Source: Polyangiaceae bacterium (GTDB lineage Bacteria; Myxococcota_A; Polyangia; Polyangiales; Polyangiaceae). From it: a stretch of 64,000 nucleotides of DNA. This document shows positions 46,853 through 56,536 of this stretch, in pieces. The first letter of the stretch is position 1; the number at the start of each line of letters is the position of its first letter. The translations under genes were made by a program, and so were the position numbers. Under the pieces are notes generated by a model. The model ran no database searches and was not told where the DNA came from. It was given only the letters and a program-made list of their open reading frames with translations. The DNA lies in assembly GCA_965222375.1 (NCBI GenBank), contig CBDCTZ010000015.1, positions 288,001-352,000 on the forward strand, given 5' to 3'.

Positions 46853-47654
46853 GCGCAGCTTCAGGAACAAAGTCGTTGTGATCACCGGCGGCGGTGGCGG
46901 CATCGGGCGCGCGCTGGCGCTCAGCTTCATGCGCCAAGGCGCGCGGGTCGCCCTGCTGGACTTGAATGAAGAGCTGCTCGCCGAGGCCAAGCAAGAACTG
47001 GCGGGTGCGGGCCCAGAGCCCATGTGCATACGTTGTGATGTCACCGAGCTAGCAGACTGCGAAAGCGCTCTGCAGCGGGTGGCGACGGAGCTGGGCGGCG
47101 TGGACGTGTTAGTGAACAATGCCGGGCTCGTGCACCGCAGCGGCTTCCGTGACACCAGCGTGGATGTGCTGCGCCGAGTGATGGAGGTGAACTACTTCGG
47201 CTCCCTCAACTGCACCAAGGCCGCACTGGACTTGCTGACGGAGCGCCGGGGCATGGTGATCGTCGTCTCGAGCATCGCGGGGCTGACGCCCTTGTACGGC
47301 CGCAGCGGATACTCGGCGAGCAAACATGCGCTGCACGGCCTGTTCGAGACGTTGCGCGGCGAGCTGAAGGACAGCGTACACGTGATGATGGCGTGCCCGT
47401 CGTTCACCCAAACGGGTTTCGAGCAGCGAGCGCTCGGCGCCGCCGGTGAAAAGGTAGAACGCGGCCGCACGCGTGTAGGAAAGGAGGCCACCGCCCAGAG
47501 CGTCGCCGACGCCATCGTGGCTGCTGCGAAGAAAGAGCGCAGCAGCCTGGTGCTCTCTCCTGTAGGCAAAGTGGCCGTGTGGCTCTCCCGATTGGCTCCC
47601 GAGGCCTACGATCGCATGATGCTGCGCCAGCTATCGGATGAGCTGCCGTCGTAG
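46845..47654 (+). CDS. Classical short-chain dehydrogenase/reductase
   Basis: TGGGGGIG, NNAG, SS, YSASK. Confidence 0.92.
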   Translation: MTERSFRNKVVVITGGGGGIGRALALSFMRQGARVALLDLNEELLAEAKQELAGAGPEPMCIRCDVTELADCESALQRVATELGGVDVLVNNAGLVHRSGFRDTSVDVLRRVMEVNYFGSLNCTKAALDLLTERRGMVIVVSSIAGLTPLYGRSGYSASKHALHGLFETLRGELKDSVHVMMACPSFTQTGFEQRALGAAGEKVERGRTRVGKEATAQSVADAIVAAAKKERSSLVLSPVGKVAVWLSRLAPEAYDRMMLRQLSDELPS

Positions 47655-47800
47655 TATTTCACCGAACCAAACGCAGGCTGAAGACCGAGCGCCGAAGATG
47701 GGCCTGCACGGAACTGCACCGACTACCACCTCGCCAGCGGCCTGGATGGCGCGAGGGATGCTCGGTGGTTCCTGTCCGGGACATGAGGTAACATCATAAG

Positions 47801-49055
47801 GTGCGCTCGCTCTGCACACTCTTGCTCCTAGGGAGCTTCGGGGCATGCTCCTCGTCAGACACAGCGCCCGGAAACGGCCTCGGCGAGGGTGGCTCTGACG
47901 CAAGCACATCTGCCGATGCCAACTCGATGGATGGCGGCGCCCCGGGACGCGGAACAGGAAACGGGTGATGCGGAAAACGATGCCAATGCTTCCGGCAGCG
48001 ACGCGTCGGATGCGTCGGGCAATACTCATGATGGTAGCTCCGATGGATCAAGCGACGCCGGCAATGCTGCTCCCGACGCGTCAAGTGATGCGGGCGACGC
48101 CGGAAACGATGCCTGGGATGCGTCGAGCGAGACCAAGGACGCAGGCAGCGATGCCCCCGATGCGTCGAGTGATGCAGGGAATGACGCTTGTGTACCGTAC
48201 AATGAAACGCTCGCGGTCGTTCCAAGCGACGCCGAATTCCTGTTCGTGATCGACCGATCCGGAAGCATGGATTGGCCGGCCACCGGAACCAGTAACGGCC
48301 GTTGGACGGAGCTGAAGAGCGCCCTCAACTCGGTGCTCCCTACGTTGTCCGGTTCGCTCATGGGCCTGCTCACCTTTCCTGAAATGGACGGCACGAGCGA
48401 ATTGTTCAACTGTAAGGTCGCCAGCAGTCCCGACATCGGGCTCGCGCTCGGAACATCGAGCGGGATTCTGACGCGACTCGTGGCGGCCGACCCGCGCGCG
48501 GGTGAAACGCCGACGCCGGATGCGCTCGCAACCGCGGCAACCTATCTCGGTTCCATATCAACGAGTCGTGATCGCTTCGTGGTTCTGGTCACAGACGGCC
48601 TGCCCGAGCCGAACTGCGGCGCTACCGTCGCAGCAACCGTGGCTGCCATCAGCTCCCTACGATCCGGCGGCACGGACACGTTCGTGATCGGCATCGTGGG
48701 CCCGGATAGCAGCGGCAATACTTCCGGGATTCCTGCGCTCCAGGACGCCTTGAACAAGATGGCGGATGCCGGAGGGCGTGCTCGCTCCGGGGCCGTCCGG
48801 TACTACGACGGACCCAACGCGGCGGGCCTGACTGGGTCGCTCGCGGCCGTTGCCGCCAGTGCTACCGATTGCCAATTCATTCTTCCGTCCGCGCCTGCCC
48901 AGCCGTTGCAAGTGCAAGCTCGACTCGACGGAGTACCAGTTGCGAGTACGGATTTCACGGTCACCGCTGGCGTGCTCACGTTCTCCGGAAACGCCTGTGC
49001 TCAGATCCAAGCAGGCACCGTCTCATCAATCACCGTCGCCGATGATTGCGCCTAG
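47801..49055 (+). CDS. vWA-domain lipoprotein with one +1 frameshift near 47940-47946
   Basis: GTG-RSLCTLLLLGSFGA-C lipobox in one frame; DASSDAG repeats, DRSGSM and TDG in the next frame; shift in CCCCGGG. Confidence 0.75.
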
Positions 49056-49383
49056 CCAACGGCGGAACAAGCCACGGGCGGCGCGGGCGTTCTCTTCTGA
49101 CAGTGGCCCTAGAACCTGGGTCAGATTCGCGAGGAAACGCTGTTCGTAGACGTCCGAGTTCATTGCAAGGCGGGGAGCGCTTCCACGCCGAAGTGCGAGG
49201 ACCGGTGCTGGTTGAGCCACACGGCCGCCCCAATTCCGCTCAGACTCAAATGGTTGATTTCACCGTTTTTGTAATCTTCGGGCGCCGTGCTTAGGCTTGT
49301 GGGGGTGCTAGGGTCCCCAAACCGGAAGGTCTCGGGTCGGCTGAACGTAGATACGGGCACTTTTCGGCTTGATCGGGCAAATC

Positions 49384-50835
49384 ATGCCAGGACCTGACCC
49401 CTCTCTCCTGCAGCTGCTGCCGGGGGCCGTGATCGGCGACCGCTACGAGGTGGTGCGCCGCATCAAGCAGGGCGGCATGGGGGCGGTGTACGAGGTCCTG
49501 GACAAACAGACCAACCGGCGCCGGGGGCTCAAGATGCTGCTGCCCTCGGTGGCGCTGGACGCGGTCACCCGCGACCGCTTTCGCCGAGAGGCAACGGTCT
49601 CGGGCAGGGTGGAGAGCGATCACATCGTCGAGACCATCGACGCGGGCGTGGATCAGAAGACCCGCGCCGACTTCTTGGTGATGGAGCTGCTCAGGGGTGA
49701 AGACCTGGGCGCGGAGTTGACTCGCCGTGGGCGGATCCCGCCGGCCGAAGTGCTCGTGTACCTGTCGCAGGTCGCCGCGGGGCTGCAGAAGGTCCACTCC
49801 GAGGGCATCGCCCACCGAGACCTCAAGCTGGAAAACATCTTCGTCACCAAGCGCGACGACGGTTCGCCGCATTTGAAGCTGCTGGATTTCGGTGTCGCCA
49901 AGGTCTTCGAGACCGCTACTGGGCCGCTGCAAACGACGCAAGTCGTGGGCACACCGCTGTACATGGCGCCCGAGCAGCTCACCGGGGATGCGCTGATCGA
50001 TCACCGCGCCGATCTCTACTCCCTGGGTCACCTCGCCTTCGCATTGCTGGTGGGGCACGCCTATTGGGAGCCGGAGCTGAGAGACGCTGCGACGATCTAT
50101 CGCTTCATGAGTCAAGTCATGGAGGGCGCGACGGAGAGCGCAACGGCGCGGGCGGCACACCACATGGTGCAACTGCCAGCGGGCTTCGACGCTTGGTTCT
50201 CCAGGGCCACGGCGAAGGACCCCGCCGATCGCTATTCCTCAGCCATCACGATGTTGCTCGGGCTTGCTGAGGCGCTGGAGCTCGAGCCACCGCCGATCTT
50301 GCTGACCCGCGCTGCCGACGCGCAGGCCACGGACCCCTTCAGCGCCACGGCCGCGTTGCCCGGGGGCGACAGCACGACCGGTGTGGTGGGCCCGCGAGCA
50401 AAAAACACCGCCCAATCCCGAGTTTGGGTCATCACGGCTGCCGTCGCCGCGGTGGTGCTGCTCGGTGGCATCGCGCTCTGGCGCGTGGCCATCAGCAGCC
50501 CGACGAGAGCTGGCCCCCTCGAAGCGAGTTCTGCTGAGACGTCCCACGCAGCCGCCTTGCAGAAGCCAGCATCGGAAACCACGACGGCGGCGGAAAAGCA
50601 GAGCACGGAGGCGTCCGCTGCCGCGCCGACGCCAAGCGCCGAGCCCGCCGCGCCGACGCCAAGTGCCGAGCCTCCGCCGGCAAGCAAAGCCGCCGGGCGG
50701 ACCAAGACGGCCAAGCCCGCTCGTTCACCAACTCCCGCACCGGCACGGCCCAAGGCCGGTCCAAAGCAGCCCCCCGCACCAGCTTCGGGGACGGACAAGC
50801 CCAAGGGAGGCTATGATCCTCTCGATGAGCTGTGA
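49384..50835 (+). CDS. Membrane Ser/Thr protein kinase
   Basis: GGMGAVY, HRDLKLEN, DFG, GTPLYMAPE; TM; Pro/Ala tail. Confidence 0.95.
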   Translation: MPGPDPSLLQLLPGAVIGDRYEVVRRIKQGGMGAVYEVLDKQTNRRRGLKMLLPSVALDAVTRDRFRREATVSGRVESDHIVETIDAGVDQKTRADFLVMELLRGEDLGAELTRRGRIPPAEVLVYLSQVAAGLQKVHSEGIAHRDLKLENIFVTKRDDGSPHLKLLDFGVAKVFETATGPLQTTQVVGTPLYMAPEQLTGDALIDHRADLYSLGHLAFALLVGHAYWEPELRDAATIYRFMSQVMEGATESATARAAHHMVQLPAGFDAWFSRATAKDPADRYSSAITMLLGLAEALELEPPPILLTRAADAQATDPFSATAALPGGDSTTGVVGPRAKNTAQSRVWVITAAVAAVVLLGGIALWRVAISSPTRAGPLEASSAETSHAAALQKPASETTTAAEKQSTEASAAAPTPSAEPAAPTPSAEPPPASKAAGRTKTAKPARSPTPAPARPKAGPKQPPAPASGTDKPKGGYDPLDEL

Positions 50836-51877
50836 GCCCGCCAAGAAAGGCACACGGTCCTTACTTGCACCAGCAACCCTTCAGCTATCGCGCCTCGCCG
50901 CGACGACGATTGCCATTTCCGTTGCGGGCACCGCAGCAGCCCAGGCGGACCCAACAGAGGTCGACCCCGCCGCCGCGGCGCTCTTTCGCAAAGGCCGAGA
51001 GCTGATCGCCCAAGGCGATTGGGACGGAGGCTGCGCGAAGTTCCGCGCCAGCTTGGCGCGACATACGTCGGCAAGCACGGTGCTGAACTTGGCCAAGTGT
51101 GCCGAGCACTACGGCAAGACCGCGTCCGCCTGGGCGTTGTATCAGCGCGCGGTCGTGGTGAACCGCGAGACCCGGCTCGAGAAGCGGCGACGCGCGCTAG
51201 ATGAGATCGCCAGAGCGGGTATCGCCAAGCTACAGCCAAAACTCCCACGCCTGTTCGTGGTGGTTGCAGATGCTCCAGAGGGCGTCGACGTGCAAGAGTC
51301 GGGACGCAGCTTGCCGCTGGAAGAAGCGGTTCCCCTCGATCAGGGTACGCGCAAGATCACGGTGTCAGCACCCGGCTTCGAGCAGTCGACCCACAACGTC
51401 GAGCTGAAGCCCGGTGAAACGGCGCGACTGGAGGTCCAGCTGAAGCGCGTGCCCGAGCAGCCAGAAGCCCCAGCTCCCGCGAAAACCGACCCGAAGACGC
51501 CTCAGAAGGACACCACGAAAGATCAGCCCGCGGGGGAGGTGCCAACTTGGGCTTGGGTGGTCGGCGGAGGCGGCATCGTGGCTACGGGCGTCGCGGTGTT
51601 CTTCGTCTTTGATGCGATCGATGCGCGCAATCAGCTCGTCAAACGCTGCGGGTCCGATCTGGTCTGCAACGAAGATCCCAGTTTCGACCCGGGGCCCCTC
51701 AACTCGCGCAAGAACCGCAGCATCGGTCTCGCTGGCGGGCTGGGAGCCGCCGGAGCCATCGCCATCACGGCGTCGGCGGTCGCGATCCTCTCCGTGCCGT
51801 CTGGCTCAACAAGCGCTAGCGGAGGCGTGTGGCTGGCGCCCGGGACTGCGGGCGGCAACGTGCGATTGCGGTTCTGA
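50825..51877 (+). CDS. TPR + PEGA domain secreted protein
   Basis: ALFRKGREL...CAKF..S...LNLAKC.E..GKTASAW; PEGA; C-terminal hydrophobic helices; overlaps the kinase stop. Confidence 0.85.
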   Translation: MSCEPAKKGTRSLLAPATLQLSRLAATTIAISVAGTAAAQADPTEVDPAAAALFRKGRELIAQGDWDGGCAKFRASLARHTSASTVLNLAKCAEHYGKTASAWALYQRAVVVNRETRLEKRRRALDEIARAGIAKLQPKLPRLFVVVADAPEGVDVQESGRSLPLEEAVPLDQGTRKITVSAPGFEQSTHNVELKPGETARLEVQLKRVPEQPEAPAPAKTDPKTPQKDTTKDQPAGEVPTWAWVVGGGGIVATGVAVFFVFDAIDARNQLVKRCGSDLVCNEDPSFDPGPLNSRKNRSIGLAGGLGAAGAIAITASAVAILSVPSGSTSASGGVWLAPGTAGGNVRLRF

Positions 51878-51903
51878 CAACCCGGGCACAACACGACCCG
51901 TGG

Positions 51904-52701
51904 CTAGCGCGGCAGCGTCTCGTGGCGCCCTGCGTGCGCCAGGGCGCGGCGTTCCGCTGCTTCGCTCTCTGCTTCCAGTTTCTTCGTTTCCTGGAGAGCG
52001 GCTTTCATCGTCTCTTCCGACCAGGCGAAGGTTCCGAACAACCAATCCCACAACGGCGAACTGATGCCCATGTTCAGATGGAAGAGCTTGAAGTGGTGGA
52101 CCGCGTGAGCTCGCCTCAAGAGCTTACCGACGCGCGTTTTCGGATTCCGAAAGTGGTGCGTGTAGTAGTGCGTCCAGTCGTAGAACAAGTACCCGGCGCT
52201 GATACCGCCAAATAGGATGAACGCTTGGGTCGGCGGCAGCAGCAGCCAACATAGAGCGAAGAGCACGATGCCAATGGGCCAGCTCATCAGCGGTGGAGCA
52301 ACCAGGCGCAAGCGGTCGTTCGGGAACTGGTGGTGGAGCCCGTGCATGAGAAAGAGGCGAATGCGCGCCTTCTCGTCATTTCCGGCGTCCCAGTGGAACG
52401 CGAACCGGTGCAGCACGTACTCGAGCAGCGTGAAGCCAACCATGCCCGCTCCGAATAGCCCGATGTGCGCCGCTATTCGGGGTCCGGACGAGAGCGCGAG
52501 GAAGGCTCCGTAGGCGACCGCCCAGCCGAACCACACGCCCGGGAGGACCGGATGGGAGCTCGCCAGTACGTGCTCCACGAAGGGGTTCTTGTACACGCGG
52601 ATCCGGTTGATCTTCCGGTTCTCGGGGCTGGGAGCACCCATCGTCCCGTCCCAGTGCTGGACGGTGGTCAGGAATTCGTCGGTGAACTCGAAGAGCGCCA
52701 C
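51904..52701 (-). CDS. Fatty acid 2-hydroxylase (FA2H/Scs7-like; sterol desaturase superfamily)
   Basis: EYVLHRFAFH, HGLHHQFPND..RLV.PP, YDWTHYYTHH, HAVHHF, GISSPLWDWLFGT; no cytochrome b5 domain. Confidence 0.88.
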   Translation of the reverse strand: MALFEFTDEFLTTVQHWDGTMGAPSPENRKINRIRVYKNPFVEHVLASSHPVLPGVWFGWAVAYGAFLALSSGPRIAAHIGLFGAGMVGFTLLEYVLHRFAFHWDAGNDEKARIRLFLMHGLHHQFPNDRLRLVAPPLMSWPIGIVLFALCWLLLPPTQAFILFGGISAGYLFYDWTHYYTHHFRNPKTRVGKLLRRAHAVHHFKLFHLNMGISSPLWDWLFGTFAWSEETMKAALQETKKLEAESEAAERRALAHAGRHETLPR

Positions 52702-52709
52702 GGGGTCCG

Positions 52710-53675
52710 TCAGACCTGCCCGTCGGCGGTGGCGGCTTGCACATCCATCAGCTCAGGGGCGTCGGGCTTTCGTTCCTCTTCGGGACAATCGAAGGGCGCG
52801 CGCCCCACCTGTACCGTGCCGAGGCTGGGAATGAACAGCGCAAGCACGTGCTGTTGGAAGAAGAACCACCACATACTCCGATGGCACAGCCGAGGATCGA
52901 TCTCGTCCTTGATCTTGTCATGAGCGGCGGCGGCATCAGCCCAATGCAGGTTCGCCTGATCGTGGTGAACGGTGTGATAGCCGTTGCCGAAGAGCAGGAA
53001 GTTCAAGAACTTCCCGGTGAAGTTCCGGGAGTGGTTCCTCTTCGACCAGGGATCCGTGTGCACATGCTGGGTGTAGTTGAAGAGCATCACCGTCCACAGC
53101 GCGAAGAACGCCGGGATGCCCACGCCGAAAGCGTAGACCGCGAGGCCTTCAGACAAGCCGAATAGCACGATGGCGAGCACCGCAAAGGCGATGTGGGTGC
53201 CGTAGGTCACCACGTATTGAGTGATAATGCGACGGTGGAGCGCGGGGTTCCGCTCCTTCGCCTGGCGGATGAAATCCTTGATCCAGAAACCCTGGTAGTA
53301 GGCCGAGACGAAGAAGTAGGTGCTGGCCACCAAGGCGTTGTGCTTGTTGGTGAAGCGCCAGGTGATCGTCGCGTCGCCGTGCTTGTTGATGAGCTTGTGG
53401 TGGTTCAGGTTATGGGTCGGCGTCCACGCGAACACTGGGTAGCCGTAGAAGACCGAAATCCAGTGCGAGAAAAAGCGATTGGCGGACTTCGTCTTCAGCG
53501 TGGGGCGGTGCATGTGGTTGTGCGCGATGACCGCGCAGCTCACCGCGAAGTACATGCTGAAGGGGAACAACACCCAGCGGAGGTCCGGGCGGACATAATG
53601 CGCCACGGCCAGGCCAGGCGTCAGAATGAACACCCAGAGTAGCGTTCGGTAGTCTGCGGGCTGTTTGGGGAGCAT
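52710..53675 (-). CDS. Membrane fatty-acid-desaturase family protein
   Basis: His boxes HNHMH, HNLNHH, HTVHH; NYTQH. Confidence 0.9.
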   Translation of the reverse strand: MLPKQPADYRTLLWVFILTPGLAVAHYVRPDLRWVLFPFSMYFAVSCAVIAHNHMHRPTLKTKSANRFFSHWISVFYGYPVFAWTPTHNLNHHKLINKHGDATITWRFTNKHNALVASTYFFVSAYYQGFWIKDFIRQAKERNPALHRRIITQYVVTYGTHIAFAVLAIVLFGLSEGLAVYAFGVGIPAFFALWTVMLFNYTQHVHTDPWSKRNHSRNFTGKFLNFLLFGNGYHTVHHDQANLHWADAAAAHDKIKDEIDPRLCHRSMWWFFFQQHVLALFIPSLGTVQVGRAPFDCPEEERKPDAPELMDVQAATADGQV

Positions 53676-54055
53676 GGGTCCTCGCTATTTTCGAATCTGT
53701 GCATCAGCGCATGCCGCGCGCCGAGCGGGGCGTCAATCTCGTGGCCGTCGGGAACGCCCGTTTGTAGCCGAGCTGTGGCACGACACCACCGAGTTTCGCG
53801 CCAAAAGTTGACATCCATCAAGAGCCCCGCTGCTCCTGGGGCGGCGCATCTGGCAGCTCCAGGGCGCGTCGGCGATGGCGATTCTCTTCGTGCCCTAGGC
53901 CCCTCGGGCGCAAGCAGGGGCGTGGGCTGGCGCGCGGCACGGTCGGCGGAAACGTACGACTACGGTTCCAGCTAGAGTCCTGCTTTCAGCGTTTTGTGCC
54001 GGTCAAGTTCGACAACAGGGCTCAAGCAAGGTTGGCGCGTTGCACCGAAGACGCG

Positions 54056-55207
54056 CTACTTCGCCGCTTTGCGGTAGATCGCCTTGCTTGTACTCCAGTA
54101 GACGAAGCCATCTTTGACGACAGCATCGTGTGCGTCCGAGGTCGCGTGGAACTCGGTTGCCGGACCACCGGTCACTGGAATGCTACGAATACCGCTGGTG
54201 CTAATGTAGTACAAGTTCGCAGCGTCGGCGCTCAGGCTGGTCACTGTTCCCGCCGCCGTTGAGAGCGGCGTCAGCTTCTTGTTGTCGATGCGACCCACCG
54301 TCCCACCCTCGGTTGCGTAGAACAGCTGCGTATCGTTCTCCGCAAGTTCGACGACCTTCACATTCTTGGCGATTGTCTCACGGACGCCGCCGGCCGTCGG
54401 GGTGCGATGCAGTTCCTTGAAGTTGATATCACTGAAATACGCGAAGCCATTGTGACCAGCAATCGTTCGCCCCCATCCTACCTGGCCGTATGAAACCTTT
54501 CCCGTGCCCGAACTCTCGACCGAACCCACTCCGTCGATACCTCCTGACCAAAAGATGGTGCTCCCATCGACATCCAGCTCGGAGCCACTCCACATTCCCG
54601 TGACCAAATCCGTTACGGCGCCGGTCGTCAACGACGTCCGACGAAGCACCGCGGGCCCCACGTCATCAAGCGTATACGCGTTACCTGCGCCCAGCTTGAC
54701 CAGCTTGGTGCTGCCGGTGAACCCGCTCACCTTGAGCACTTTGCCTCCCGTCGTCGGTAGTCGCCACAGAGCGGAGCCGCTAGTGACCGCAATCACGCTC
54801 CCGTCAACGTCCAGCTTCCTGAAGCTGGGGTAGCCAGGAGCCGTCGATTGACCTAGCAGCTGGGCACCGTCCGCTCCGGTTCCGCCGGTTCCGCCGCCAC
54901 CCGCCGCACCGCCCGATCCGCCACTACCCGACGCGCCCGCACTGCCCGACGCGCCCGCACTGCCCGACGCGCCCGCACTGCCCGACGCGCCCGCGCTGCC
55001 CGCAGAGCCACCGTTTCCGGAAGAGCCTCCACTGCTCGCGCCTCCACTGCCTGCGCCCCCGCCGCTCGCGCCCCCACTTCCAGAGCCCGACGAGCCACCG
55101 GTGTTGGTCCCTGCATCATCGGGCCCGTTTGCAGAACTGGATTCACTGCCACAGCCGACGATCATCAGAGATGTCATCAACCAGGCTCCGCCAATATGCT
55201 TTTTCAT
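54056..55207 (-). CDS. Beta-propeller (DUF5050-like) lipoprotein
   Basis: IVG-C; GSAGAS repeats; blades with VDG..IFWS, LYY, VYWS. Confidence 0.8.
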   Translation of the reverse strand: MKKHIGGAWLMTSLMIVGCGSESSSANGPDDAGTNTGGSSGSGSGGASGGGAGSGGASSGGSSGNGGSAGSAGASGSAGASGSAGASGSAGASGSGGSGGAAGGGGTGGTGADGAQLLGQSTAPGYPSFRKLDVDGSVIAVTSGSALWRLPTTGGKVLKVSGFTGSTKLVKLGAGNAYTLDDVGPAVLRRTSLTTGAVTDLVTGMWSGSELDVDGSTIFWSGGIDGVGSVESSGTGKVSYGQVGWGRTIAGHNGFAYFSDINFKELHRTPTAGGVRETIAKNVKVVELAENDTQLFYATEGGTVGRIDNKKLTPLSTAAGTVTSLSADAANLYYISTSGIRSIPVTGGPATEFHATSDAHDAVVKDGFVYWSTSKAIYRKAAK

Positions 55208-55742
55208 TTCTGACCTCCGCCATTGAACCGAACGGGACGTCGATTACCCCGCCTCATGAACGAGTCATTTCTTGGTACGGATGCGTTTCGCGCGTTGTTC
55301 CCGAAGTAGACGGAAGTAAGTGAACGGTACGCTCTGCCATACCAAATCCGAACTAGGCTGCGCTCTGCGCGATTCCCGGTCTTCCTGCGCACGGGGTTGG
55401 TCGCGTGGAAGGCGGGAGTGTTCGGGTGGTCGGGTGGACCAGACCGCGTTTTTCTTCTCAACAGCTTGCGGTCGGGCGTGTGCACAGCAGTGGACGCGGA
55501 GTTGTCGCGGTAACTACCGGGGAGGCGAGGATCGCGGATGGGGTCGGCGGGCGGCACTGCGGCATCGAGTGGAGCAACGGCCGCAGGCGCCTTGGCTCGC
55601 TTTGCTACGACGGCGTCGCTGACGGGTGGCGACGGAACCGCGGGGCTCGAGGCGCGCGCGGGTTGGGCGGCACCGGGGACAGGAAAGAGGCGAGGAAGGC
55701 CCCACCTAACCAATTCACTTCGGGATGCCGCGCAGGCCTCGA

Positions 55743-56384
55743 TCAGCTCCCGGAAAACTCGCGTCGCAGAGACGCCACTGCGGCGCGGACGGCCTTGCGG
55801 GCGTCTTCCGCTTGACCGATATCGGCTCCCGCCGCAATTTCTTCGAAGCTTTCGCCGCGCAGCCAGGCCGTGAGGGCTGCGTATTGAGCGGGGGGCAGGC
55901 GCTGCTGAGCAAATTCGAGCAGCTGACGTGCAGTTTGCGCGGCAGTGACCGGAGGACGAGTTCCTCGCTCGTCGACGGGCAGGGTCAGCGTAAACTCGTT
56001 CAGCACGCGCACGGGGCTCAAGGGCGGTTCGGCTTCCTTTTGGGCGCGGTGGCCGCGCTGATGATCTCGCGCAGCGTTCGCCAAGACGATCCTGATCCAA
56101 TCGTGGAAGGTCTTGTCCGGGTGTCGCTCGCACCAGCTTTGATATGAGCGCAAGCCGTGCAGGTCGTTGCGGCTCAGCTTCTCGATCACCGTCACTGCGA
56201 TCTCGCGGCGGTCGTCCTCGCTCTGCGCCAGAAGCCGCAGGCGCCGACTCGTGGCGAGCAAGCTCATCATTTCAGGCCAAATCGCGTTGACCAGGTGCAT
56301 GAAGGCAGCCGGCGGCCCCGACAGCGCCCTCTGGGCGAGGCGCTCGGCGTTCTTGACGTCAAAACCGTCGATGGGGCCGGCCAC
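55743..56384 (-). CDS. Divergent ECF-type sigma-70 factor
   Basis: Region-2-like EDDRREIAV.VIEKL...F.DWIRIVLANAARDH; region-4-like LP..Q..AL..WLRGESFEEIA. Confidence 0.7.
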   Translation of the reverse strand: MAGPIDGFDVKNAERLAQRALSGPPAAFMHLVNAIWPEMMSLLATSRRLRLLAQSEDDRREIAVTVIEKLSRNDLHGLRSYQSWCERHPDKTFHDWIRIVLANAARDHQRGHRAQKEAEPPLSPVRVLNEFTLTLPVDERGTRPPVTAAQTARQLLEFAQQRLPPAQYAALTAWLRGESFEEIAAGADIGQAEDARKAVRAAVASLRREFSGS

Positions 56385-56420
56385 ATCTGACTATTACCAC
56401 CCCCGGACAGTGCCCGCGCC

Positions 56421-56448
56421 TTGACCAAAGTGCGGCGCCCGCTAGCCT
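56421..56448 (+). promoter_or_regulatory. Possible sigma70-like promoter for the Cys-rich lipoprotein pair
   Basis: TTGACC-16-TAGCCT about 90 nt upstream of ATG 56537. Confidence 0.3.
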
Positions 56449-56536
56449 TCGCGTGACGTTTCGCGGCGATGCCTCGTTTGGTCTAGATGTGCAGCAGAGT
56501 TCTGCGGCCTGACGCAAGCAACCTGGAGTCCTTAGA

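Noticed and set aside
55210..55740. Possible degraded gene or anti-sigma downstream of the ECF-like sigma
   Set aside because: Pro/Ala-rich fragments in several frames; I could not reconstruct a consistent protein
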